Shown: in pieces, positions 38,601 to 46,208 of the stretch
Numbering within the stretch: position 1 is the stretch's first letter
How the letters are laid out: each line of letters opens with the position of its first letter
DNA from: an uncultured Rhodospirillaceae bacterium
Lineage (GTDB): Bacteria; Pseudomonadota; Alphaproteobacteria; Rhodospirillales; UBA2165
Length of the DNA: 64,000 nt
Assembly: GCA_964639965.1 (NCBI GenBank)
Contig: CAZXGI010000001.1
Location: 18,661 to 82,660, forward strand
Direction of reading: 5' to 3'
Made by a program: the position numbers and the translations under genes
The notes under the pieces: model-generated
What the model was told of the DNA's origin: nothing
What the model saw: only the letters and a program-made list of their open reading frames with translations
Database searches by the model: none

Positions 38601-38811
38601 AGAGGCCTCGTGTGATCGCTTGCGACCTATAGTTATAACCACGGTTACAACTATAGGTGGATTAATGCCACTTTTATTTGAGAAAAGTATTCAAGCTCAA
38701 TTTTTAATACCGATGGCCATCACAATTGTATTTGGTCTTGGCTTTGCCACTTTATTGATTTTGTTTGTCGTTCCTGCGCTTATAGCTACTATAGAAGACT
38801 TGGGGAAATAA
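35686..38811 (+). CDS. RND-family efflux permease (AcrB/AcrD/AcrF family)
   Basis: 1041 aa with 12-TM topology and two large periplasmic loops. The conserved TM4 region LGIVVDDAIVVGE is present. Confidence 0.9.
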   Translation: MTKESENEESPIIKSGPIALFARHPTAANLIMFLMIIVGIWGTIKMNSQFLPSFGIDVITVSIEWPGANSEDVDTNIIQLVEPEVRFLDSVKKVQSTSSEGIASILIEFEAGAEMQSALSNVEAAVSRIITLPVDAKKPIIKRMVRYETICKLLVSGEVSELALKAYAKEFRDDLLARGIDRIELFGSRDQEIWVEAQEKTLRRLDITLSDISNKIGVTSLDLPSGNVGMGLRQIRSLGLLTDADGLRRMEIKSLGDGRKIYLDDVASVTEQFKESDAVALRKGAPAIEMHLMRALDTDALVLASKVDDFLRETTKLLPANLNVERYGSATDLLDERISLLLKNAISGLIIVALILFVFLRASIAIWVLLGIPICFMATLGVMLATGQSINMISLFGLIMALGIVVDDAIVVGEHADYHKQMGQNSLGAAILGARRMAAPVVCASLTTICAFLPLILIAGIIGQVIAAIPLVIVAVLVASLLECFYVLPGHLNHGMRIKSFGFKPYEKFRNWFDSWFANLRDIKFRRLVVLSIEWRYATLALAFALFLSAVGLVAGGRIGFNFFPTPESDKIVVNVKMVSGTPRDQTILMLEEVERAAYISAEKLSGKDNNLIQMIMTKVGVKVSGNMNSPLSNVPEDTTGGLELELLTADKRSIRTMQFVEAWRAEVRHLAGLKTLTIQEVRGGPPGRDIDIRLMGSNIYALKNVANHVMKILERYPGVSNVEDDLPYGKRETILNVNQRGRSLGFSTESIGRQLRNAIEGKIAKRFARQDEEVAVRVMYPRKEVTSAVLETLHVRAPAGQEIPLQQIISSREAVGFAKIKREEGIRQIAITAEIDASITSVNKILSAIKRDGVNEIADRAGLKVGFSGKAEEQEETFADMKLGALIGLAGIYIVLAWAFASYIRPIVVMAVIPMGFIGAAFGHWILGYTLTILSMVGLIGLSGIIINGSIILVTTIDEKLKKVELFEAIVEASCDRLRPIVITTVTTIGGLMPLLFEKSIQAQFLIPMAITIVFGLGFATLLILFVVPALIATIEDLGK

Positions 38812-38830
38812 GCGGAGGAATTCATAAGAA

Positions 38831-40666
38831 CTAGAGCGAATCCAAGTGATCACTGGCGTTGAAATAAGGAAGGTTATCTCGCGAAGAGCAACCGATCATA
38901 GCTAGTCGCTCGGCAATCTTAATAGCCTTTTGATATTTGCGTTCGCACTCTGGGCCGCTGTGTGTTTCAAATACTTCGCCGCAGAGTGAAATACCATAAT
39001 TAGCTTTTAATGCTCTTACTTTTGTACCTGCAAACATACCGTCAGCAATATCTGATAGATCAAAATCTTCTTGTTTTATTATTTGTATTTTATTTTCAAC
39101 TAAATAAGATCGAATTAGAGCCTCTGCTGTTAGAGCGGCATCCCAGTAATCTGATTCAGATTGCGTCGGTGCACCAGAAACTTCTTTAAATGCCATGCAA
39201 AATGCTAAAAAAACTTGTTCTTTTGGTTCGGCTGATTTCCAAGCGGCAGAACCAAGGTTGTTCCATATTGAGATATTCATTTCTTTGTATACTAGGGGAA
39301 CTCTCTCAAAAAATAAATTATGTAGTTTATTTTCATTCAATGAACTATCCAACTTCTGCTCTTTATAAATGTCGATTGCGGCATAAGTCCCGCATATTGG
39401 GCATGTATCATTTTCAAATGTATTTTTTTTGTAAATAAGAGAGCATCTTGTGCCGCTGGGCATCTCGTTTTTACAAAGTAAATAAATTTCGTCATCTTCC
39501 TCACCATCTTGTTGTTGACCAATCCAATTAAAGCGGTTCATGAACTGCATATATGAACGGCGATGGCTCCATAAACTCCATTCGAGCTTTTCTACCGGGC
39601 CAAATGTACTCCAGTTAGAGCTGACATCGATTACAACACATTTTTCTTTTCCTGGTGCTGAGCGTAGGCCCCTTCCAACCGATTGCCCCCATAAAACCTT
39701 TGATAGAGTGGGTCTCAGATGAACAATTATGTTGCAATGCGGGTTGTCCCAGCCTTCAGCAAGAACGCCAACCGAAACCATAGCTTCTATTTCACCGTTC
39801 TCATGACTGTTCAAGAGTTTCATTCGTTCTTTGATTGGTGTCCCCGCGGTTACAATTGCTGCTTTAATGCCTGATTCTTGAATAACAGCTAGAGTAGCTT
39901 CAGCGACACTAATGTCAGCACAAAACCACGCTGATATTGGTTCTGTTGAGAGATTAACTCGTTCTTCTCTATAACTCCATATTGCATAATCTATCATTGA
40001 TGACTTAATGATAGCTGGAGCCAATGAAGCTACAGGAAAATCACCCGAACTGATATCAATCGCATCTAAATCTAGGTCGTGTACAAAATGAGTTCGATAT
40101 TCCGGTTTAACTAGGACACCTTCTTTGATCAGGTCTTCAATGTTTGCACAATCAATGATAGCATCGAATGCCAGATTAAGTTGGTCTCTTTGGTCTCCCG
40201 TGCGACGTTCAGGTGATGCCGTCAAACCAATGAATTGAGCTGTTTTTTTTCCGTTTGAATTGAATTCATCGATGATCCGCTTATAACCAGTTCCGTTTGG
40301 AGAAACTCGATGGGCTTCATCAACAATGATCAGGTCAGCTTTTGGGATGGCGTCCGCCAAAACATTCTTTGCACGCATATTGGTAGATAATAAAACATCG
40401 TAATCATCAAATGCAGACCCCGTATCTGATACTTCTAATTTTCGAACATTGTGTTTAGCGCGTAGGGCCTCTTCAAGTTGTTCCAATAATACCAGTCGAT
40501 GGCAAAGAACTATAATTTTCTTTTTCTTGTAAAATCTTTCAATTAGCTCGCTGGCAAGCACAGTTTTCCCTGCCCCTGTCGGAGCCTTCAGTATAAACCG
40601 GTGATTTTGTTTTATGATCGTTGGAAAATTATCAATGATTTTTTGTTGCCAATTTCGTAGATGCAT
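38831..40666 (-). CDS. SF2 (DEAH-type, ResIII-like) helicase with a zinc ribbon and an uncharacterised C-terminal domain
   Basis: Motif I APTGAGKT, motif II IIVDEAHR, motif III LTASP, motif VI QSVGRGLR. Then CKNEMPSGTRC...CPICG (about 39375..39480), followed by ~180 aa with no motif I recognise. Confidence 0.8.
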   Translation of the reverse strand: MHLRNWQQKIIDNFPTIIKQNHRFILKAPTGAGKTVLASELIERFYKKKKIIVLCHRLVLLEQLEEALRAKHNVRKLEVSDTGSAFDDYDVLLSTNMRAKNVLADAIPKADLIIVDEAHRVSPNGTGYKRIIDEFNSNGKKTAQFIGLTASPERRTGDQRDQLNLAFDAIIDCANIEDLIKEGVLVKPEYRTHFVHDLDLDAIDISSGDFPVASLAPAIIKSSMIDYAIWSYREERVNLSTEPISAWFCADISVAEATLAVIQESGIKAAIVTAGTPIKERMKLLNSHENGEIEAMVSVGVLAEGWDNPHCNIIVHLRPTLSKVLWGQSVGRGLRSAPGKEKCVVIDVSSNWSTFGPVEKLEWSLWSHRRSYMQFMNRFNWIGQQQDGEEDDEIYLLCKNEMPSGTRCSLIYKKNTFENDTCPICGTYAAIDIYKEQKLDSSLNENKLHNLFFERVPLVYKEMNISIWNNLGSAAWKSAEPKEQVFLAFCMAFKEVSGAPTQSESDYWDAALTAEALIRSYLVENKIQIIKQEDFDLSDIADGMFAGTKVRALKANYGISLCGEVFETHSGPECERKYQKAIKIAERLAMIGCSSRDNLPYFNASDHLDSL

Positions 40667-40765
40667 TTTTTGCCTTTATTATATAACATTTTCGTTATTT
40701 TAAACGGGGAGTTTCTTGGGAGAGATTTTTATTGTTATACCTCTATGTCGATAAATAAATGATTT

Positions 40766-41416
40766 TTAACTAGGATTAATTAGCACTGTGCCCGGTGAAA
40801 CCGAGTTTTTTAATCTAACGCGATCTTTTTCAATCAAGAAGTTCCCGGAGGCTATTAGTTGGACTGCAAGGGGATATATTTTATGTTCTTCGATTAGAAT
40901 ACGGCTTGCCAATGTGTCTGGGGTATCATCTTGTTTGATAGCCACAACAGCTTGGATGATTATTGGTCCAGCATCCACTTCAGGGCTAACAAAGTGTATT
41001 GTACAGCCTGAAAATTTTGTTCCAGATTTGATTGCACGACTGTGGGTATTTAGACCTTTGAAAGAAGGTAGAAGTGACGGATGTATGTTAATAATTTTAT
41101 CCAACCAAAGATTAATGAAATGATCTGTTAAGATACGCATAAAACCAGCTAAGCAGACAAGTTCAACTTTAGCCTCAGTTAATGCACAATGGAGTTCTTG
41201 TTCAAAAAATTCACGCCCATTGAATTTTTTGTGATCGATAACTTTAAACGGTATGTTTGCTGTTTTTGCTATCTCCAGTCCCATAATGTTTGGGACATTC
41301 GCAATTACGATTACAATTTCAGCAGCAAAATCATCTTTTTTTGTTGCGTCGATAAGAGATTGGAGATTACTGCCTCTGCCCGAAATTAACACTCCCAGTT
41401 TTAGTTTAGAATTCAT
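40766..41416 (-). CDS. purN: phosphoribosylglycinamide formyltransferase
   Basis: LGVLISGRGSNL, NIHPSLLP and SGCTIHFV motifs. ATG 41416 (MNSKLKLGVL) lies next to the purM stop. Confidence 0.95.
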   Translation of the reverse strand: MNSKLKLGVLISGRGSNLQSLIDATKKDDFAAEIVIVIANVPNIMGLEIAKTANIPFKVIDHKKFNGREFFEQELHCALTEAKVELVCLAGFMRILTDHFINLWLDKIINIHPSLLPSFKGLNTHSRAIKSGTKFSGCTIHFVSPEVDAGPIIIQAVVAIKQDDTPDTLASRILIEEHKIYPLAVQLIASGNFLIEKDRVRLKNSVSPGTVLINPS

Positions 41417-41418
41417 AG

Positions 41419-42501
41419 CTACATATCTTTCCACGTATCTTCATGATTGTGAATAACGACGCTATCGCCTCTAGAGAGTTCGACAACTTTGCCGATTTGA
41501 AATACTAATTCCCCATTTTTATGGAGTATATTTTGCAAATCCTGGACTCGATTTGGTGAAGTAATAATCACCATGCCAATTCCGCAATTAAACGTGCGAG
41601 CCATTTCGCTAGGACTGATAACCCCCGTTTTTGAAATCCATGAGAAGATAGCTGGGAGTTTCCACTTTTCTGAGTATAGATTTGCTCCAAGGCCTTTGGG
41701 TAAAATGCGGGGGATATTTTCAAGCAATCCACCACCTGTGATATGAGCCAGAGCTTTAACACCACCGGCTTCAATTGCTGCTCTGCAGCTGTTAACATAA
41801 ATGCGAGTAGGGTCAAGTAACGATTCACCAATTGTTCGTGTTTTATCAAAAGGTGCAGGTTCGTCAAGATTAAGGTGCTCGGCACTGAGAATTTCACGAA
41901 CTAGCGAAAAGCCATTGGAATGCAGTCCATTAGATTTAAGACCAAGAATGACATCGTCTATATCAACATTATCTTTTGGAAGTAGATTTTCACGTTCCAC
42001 TGCACCAACGCTGAAGCCAGCTAGATCGTATTCACCAGGTAAGTACATGCCTGGCATTTCGGCGGTCTCACCCCCAATTAATGCGGAACCTGATTGAAAG
42101 CAACCCTCAGTTATTCCTCTAATGACCTCAGTTGCAGCAACATTATCAAGTTTTCCTGTTGAAAAATAGTCTAAGAAAAAAAGTGGTTCTCCACCCTGAA
42201 CAATAAGATCATTTACGCACATTGCAACTAGATCAATTCCTATAGAATTGTGGATGCCGACCGCTTGAGCAATTTTGAGTTTGGTGCCGACGCCGTCCGT
42301 CGCTGCAATTAATACAGGGTCTTTATAACCAGCAGCTTTTAGATCGAAAAGACCACCAAATCCGCCGAGATCTCCAATGACACCTGGGCGGCTTGTAGAC
42401 TTAGCTAAGGGCCTAATTGCCTTGACCAAATCCTCGCCAGCATCGATGTCTACACCAGAATTTTTATATGAAAGGCCAGTTCTCTTGTTATTGATTGAAA
42501 T
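41419..42501 (-). CDS. purM: phosphoribosylformylglycinamidine cyclo-ligase (AIR synthetase); start codon unresolved
   Basis: DLGGFGG, ATDGVGTKLKIA and GGETAEMPG motifs. The first canonical start (TTG 42429) lies inside the conserved N-terminus. The frame stays open upstream to a TAA at 42507..42505 and encodes LSYKNSGVDIDAGEDL. The end coordinate given assumes ATT 42501 as the start; see the finding. Confidence 0.85.
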   Translation of the reverse strand: MSINNKRTGLSYKNSGVDIDAGEDLVKAIRPLAKSTSRPGVIGDLGGFGGLFDLKAAGYKDPVLIAATDGVGTKLKIAQAVGIHNSIGIDLVAMCVNDLIVQGGEPLFFLDYFSTGKLDNVAATEVIRGITEGCFQSGSALIGGETAEMPGMYLPGEYDLAGFSVGAVERENLLPKDNVDIDDVILGLKSNGLHSNGFSLVREILSAEHLNLDEPAPFDKTRTIGESLLDPTRIYVNSCRAAIEAGGVKALAHITGGGLLENIPRILPKGLGANLYSEKWKLPAIFSWISKTGVISPSEMARTFNCGIGMVIITSPNRVQDLQNILHKNGELVFQIGKVVELSRGDSVVIHNHEDTWKDM

Positions 42502-42661
42502 TTCTTATAACCCCATAATGCTAAAACCCTTTTACCGGCGGGCTAAAGTGTTAAGTTAACTAAATAAGAATAGAAAGAACACACTTAATCACGCTCAGTT
42601 TAGAGCGGATACAGAACTTAGTCTTTTTTATAGTGGGTTTTAACGCAGAAGGTAAAAAGAA

Positions 42662-43870
42662 ATGAGCAGGACAAATGCTATAGGGATTATAGCCCGTTCG
42701 GGAAATTTCTTAGCTACGTGTTTGATTTTATGTAGTTTTTTTGGATTTATTTTTTCTACTGAATTAGCTGGTCAGGCAATAAATGAATCGCCAGACGTTT
42801 TTACAATCGCAAACATACACGTTGATGTAACCGATAAAACGGCTTCGGCTGCGCGAAAAAAAGCCTTATCAAGGGGGGAAAATACCGCCTTTAATTTGTT
42901 ATTGGAACGTTTAACCTTGCGAATCGATCATAAACGTTTGCCTGTATTGAATAGCAAGCAGATCTCTACCTATGTCAAAGATTTTGCCGTAAAGAATGAA
43001 AAGAATTCTGAAATTCGCTATCTAGCTGATTTGACTTTTCGTTTCAAACCAGATGATATTCGTAAATTATTGCGCGATAACGATATACAGTTTGCAGAAA
43101 CAATTAGTAAGCCAATTTTGGTATTGCCAGTTTATCAATTAGCCGGAGCTGTCTTCCTATGGGATGATCCTAATCCATGGCGGGAGGCTTGGATAGGTAA
43201 TGTTGGAATAACAAAAACAAGAAAAAGAATGCGAGCATCTGGTTTGGTTCCAATGGTTTTTGGGGATGGTGATTTGGGCGATATTGCGGCTATAAGCGCT
43301 GAACTCGCTATTAAAGGTGATGCACAACGTCTTTTAGCTATTGCAAAAAAATACAAGGTTGCAAAAACTTTAGTGGTATTTGCAAACCTCAGTTCGACAT
43401 TGCAAGGAACCCCCGTTCTTAAGATACGAGTGTCAAAATACGGAAAAGATACTGTTAGACATGTTTTTTCAATGCAGATTAAAGCAAATAAAATGGAAAC
43501 TATTGGAGTTCTTATAAAACGTTCAGCAAATGAAGTTAATGCTAAAATTGAAGAATTGTGGAAATCTGATAATTTACTTAAGTTTGAAGATATAGGTGTT
43601 GTTGCTGTTAGCTATCCTATTAACAATTTAGGAGAATGGGTGGACCTTAAAAGTCGATTAAAAAAAGTAGCGGTCATTGAGAATATAGAATTGGTTATAT
43701 TTTCTCGCAGCGAGGTTCGTTTAAATATTCATTTCATTGGTGGGGTCGATCAATTAAAATTAGCTTTGGCACAGTTAGACATGAAATTAAAAGAGGAAGA
43801 AGGAAGTTGGGTGTTAAGGGATCTAAAACCCATTAAATCGATTTCTAAAGAAAATGTGAAGAAAAAATGA
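42662..43870 (+). CDS. secreted or periplasmic protein of unknown function (DUF2066-like by synteny)
   Basis: 402 aa with an N-terminal hydrophobic signal or anchor (FLATCLILCSFFGFIFS). Read divergently from purM and translationally coupled to the next gene. The family name comes from remembered synteny, not from a motif. Confidence 0.55.
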   Translation: MSRTNAIGIIARSGNFLATCLILCSFFGFIFSTELAGQAINESPDVFTIANIHVDVTDKTASAARKKALSRGENTAFNLLLERLTLRIDHKRLPVLNSKQISTYVKDFAVKNEKNSEIRYLADLTFRFKPDDIRKLLRDNDIQFAETISKPILVLPVYQLAGAVFLWDDPNPWREAWIGNVGITKTRKRMRASGLVPMVFGDGDLGDIAAISAELAIKGDAQRLLAIAKKYKVAKTLVVFANLSSTLQGTPVLKIRVSKYGKDTVRHVFSMQIKANKMETIGVLIKRSANEVNAKIEELWKSDNLLKFEDIGVVAVSYPINNLGEWVDLKSRLKKVAVIENIELVIFSRSEVRLNIHFIGGVDQLKLALAQLDMKLKEEEGSWVLRDLKPIKSISKENVKKK

Positions 43871-44442
43871 GCAAAGATGGAATAAGAATAAATATCCCAA
43901 ATTTAATTAGTTTAATAAGGTTGCTTTGTGTTCCTATGACCGTATGGTTGATTATCAATAATCAGGTTCTTATAGCTTTTTGGGTATTTGTTTTTGCAAG
44001 CATAAGTGATGCGTTAGATGGTTTCATAGCTAAGCGATTTAATTTGCAAACAGAACTTGGAGCCTATCTTGACCCAATAGCAGATAAAGCTCTATTAGTA
44101 AGTGTTTTTATAACGCTGGGACAGGCTGGCTACTTATATTCTTGGCTAGTGCTTTTGGTGGTTTTTAGGGATAGCTTAATTCTTGTCGGGGCCTTTCTTT
44201 ATCATCTCATTCACGAAAACCTTACAATGGAACCCCTGTTAATAAGTAAGATAAACACCGCCGCACAATTTTTTTTGGTAACAGTTATTTTGGGCCTTCA
44301 CGGCTATTCAATTGTTGATAGTCTGATTATAGAGATAATGGTTTATGTGGTCGCTGTAACTTCAATAATTTCTGGTGCCGCTTATGTTGGTATATGGGGC
44401 ATGCGAGCCGCTAATACGGAGTCTGGGGGCAGACATGAGTGA
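43867..44442 (+). CDS. CDP-alcohol phosphatidyltransferase family protein
   Basis: Exact family motif DALDGFIAKRFNLQTELGAYLDPIADK (D-x2-DG-x2-A[RK]-x8-G-x3-D-x3-D). 191 aa, multi-TM. The head-group substrate is not assignable. Confidence 0.85.
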   Translation: MSKDGIRINIPNLISLIRLLCVPMTVWLIINNQVLIAFWVFVFASISDALDGFIAKRFNLQTELGAYLDPIADKALLVSVFITLGQAGYLYSWLVLLVVFRDSLILVGAFLYHLIHENLTMEPLLISKINTAAQFFLVTVILGLHGYSIVDSLIIEIMVYVVAVTSIISGAAYVGIWGMRAANTESGGRHE

Positions 44443-45517
44443 AACAAAAAGGCATTTGTACTGGATTTGGATTGCGGTTTCGATAATCACGGTATTGCTG
44501 ATTTATTTTGTTAGCAGCATCCTGATGCCTTTTGTGGTGGGTATCGCTGTTGCTTATTTTTTAGATCCTATTGTGGATAAATTGGAAGAATTAGGGATTT
44601 CAAGAACAGCTGCAACAGTCTTCATTATCATTTCATTTTTTGCAGTTGTAATATTGATTTTACTGTTATTATTTCCTTTGTTGCAGAGTCAATTTATAGG
44701 TTTCCTCGATAAAGTTCCTTTGTTGCTTGGAAGTTTCGAGGAATGGGTTGCGCCGTTTAAGGAAGCTTTTGTTTCACGTTTGGCTTCGGAAAATTTAAAA
44801 GAATTATCAGGTGTTTCAAATCCCTATAGCGGCCCGATTGTTCAGTGGTTTGGTGATATAATAAAAGGTATTCTGCATGGTGGTTTGGCTATATTTAACG
44901 GAGTATCCCTTGTTTTAGTAACTCCCGTTGTCATTTTTTATCTACTTCGTGATTGGGATTTAATAGTCAAGAAAGTTGATAACTGGTTACCACGTGATTT
45001 TGCCCCAAGCATCCGTGTTATTGTTAAAGATATTGATTTGACAATTGCAGGTTTTGTGCGTGGACAAGGAACCGTATGTCTTTTTTTAGCTGCATTTTAT
45101 GGCTTTTTCTTAACTATTATTGGCCTTGATTTTGGTTTAATATTGGGGGTTTCCACAGGCTTAATATCATTTGTTCCATATTTTGGCATGTTAATAGGAA
45201 TGGCAGTAACCATGGCAATCGCAATATTTCAATACGGCGAATTTATTCCGGTGGTTTTAGTGATAGCTATTTTTGGTGTTGGCCAAGTTATCGAATCCAT
45301 GTTTCTGACACCTAAATTGGTAGGTGAAAAGGTCGGGCTGCATGCTGTCTGGGTGATTTTTGCTTTAATGGTTGGAGGGGCAGAGTTTGGTTTTACGGGC
45401 TTGTTGTTAGCGGTACCGGTCGCGGCGACTATAGGGGTTCTTGTGCGATTTTCGATAACCCTTTATCTAAAAAGTGCTCTTTATACGGGTTCTTCAAATA
45501 GTGATGGGTCACATTGA
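44435..45517 (+). CDS. AI-2E family (PerM/YhhT-like) transporter
   Basis: ORF 44375..45517. ATG 44435 overlaps the upstream stop (ATGAGTGA). About 8 TM segments with the typical central soluble loop and the GL.AVP C-terminal motif. Confidence 0.8.
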   Translation: MSETKRHLYWIWIAVSIITVLLIYFVSSILMPFVVGIAVAYFLDPIVDKLEELGISRTAATVFIIISFFAVVILILLLLFPLLQSQFIGFLDKVPLLLGSFEEWVAPFKEAFVSRLASENLKELSGVSNPYSGPIVQWFGDIIKGILHGGLAIFNGVSLVLVTPVVIFYLLRDWDLIVKKVDNWLPRDFAPSIRVIVKDIDLTIAGFVRGQGTVCLFLAAFYGFFLTIIGLDFGLILGVSTGLISFVPYFGMLIGMAVTMAIAIFQYGEFIPVVLVIAIFGVGQVIESMFLTPKLVGEKVGLHAVWVIFALMVGGAEFGFTGLLLAVPVAATIGVLVRFSITLYLKSALYTGSSNSDGSH

Positions 45518-46197
45518 ATCTTAATAGTCAACTCCCTTTTAATTTTGAACATCGTCCGTCTTTAGGTGGTAATGATTTTTTAATAGCTCCAAGTAATCAA
45601 GAGGCGGTTGCCTGGATTGATAAATGGCCGGATTGGACAACACCGTTGCTTATTTTATATGGACCACCTGGCTGCGGTAAAACTCATCTTAGCAACGTGT
45701 TTATGGCAATGACAGGAGCACTTCAGCTCACACTGGCGACCATTAAAGACTCAAGTTCAACAATCTCAATTAATTCTCAAAAAAATTTTGTTATTGATGG
45801 TGAAGATATTGATATTTTTTTGAAAACTAATGAAGAAGAGTTATTTCATCTGTACAATTATATAAATTCTATCGGAGGTTATATGCTAATAACGGCTGAA
45901 AGTCCCCCTATAGACTGGGATTTTAGGCTAGCTGACCTTTCATCACGTTTTAAAGCTGCGCAATCAATCGGCATTGGAATGCCTGATGATGATCTGATTA
46001 AAGCGGTATTAATAAAGTTGTTTTCAGATCAACAAGTGAAGGTTGAAATTGATGTGATCAATTATATTATGAAAAGGATGGAACGCTCTTTTGAGTCAGC
46101 ACGAAAATTTGTTCAGCGTGCTAATACAATGGCCTTGATAGAGAAAAGACGAATTACCATGGTATTGGCTCGGAAGGTGCTTGATGATTTAGAGTAA
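45514..46197 (+). CDS. hdaA: DnaA regulatory inactivator HdaA
   Basis: N-terminal QLPFNF (a beta-clamp-binding QL..F type motif) and AAA+ Walker A YGPPGCGKTHL. The ~227-aa size is typical of Hda. The TTG start overlaps the upstream TGA. Confidence 0.85.
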   Translation: MNLNSQLPFNFEHRPSLGGNDFLIAPSNQEAVAWIDKWPDWTTPLLILYGPPGCGKTHLSNVFMAMTGALQLTLATIKDSSSTISINSQKNFVIDGEDIDIFLKTNEEELFHLYNYINSIGGYMLITAESPPIDWDFRLADLSSRFKAAQSIGIGMPDDDLIKAVLIKLFSDQQVKVEIDVINYIMKRMERSFESARKFVQRANTMALIEKRRITMVLARKVLDDLE

Positions 46198-46208
46198 TAA
46201 TAATTATT

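Noticed and set aside
42517-42661. Possible purine/ZTP-type riboswitch in the purM upstream region
   Set aside because: The minus-sense sequence has only a small cgctc/gagcg hairpin and a CCGCCGG word. It lacks the GGGTCGTGAC...CCGCCTGGGC-type conserved cores that I remember for ZTP, and the guanine riboswitch junction.
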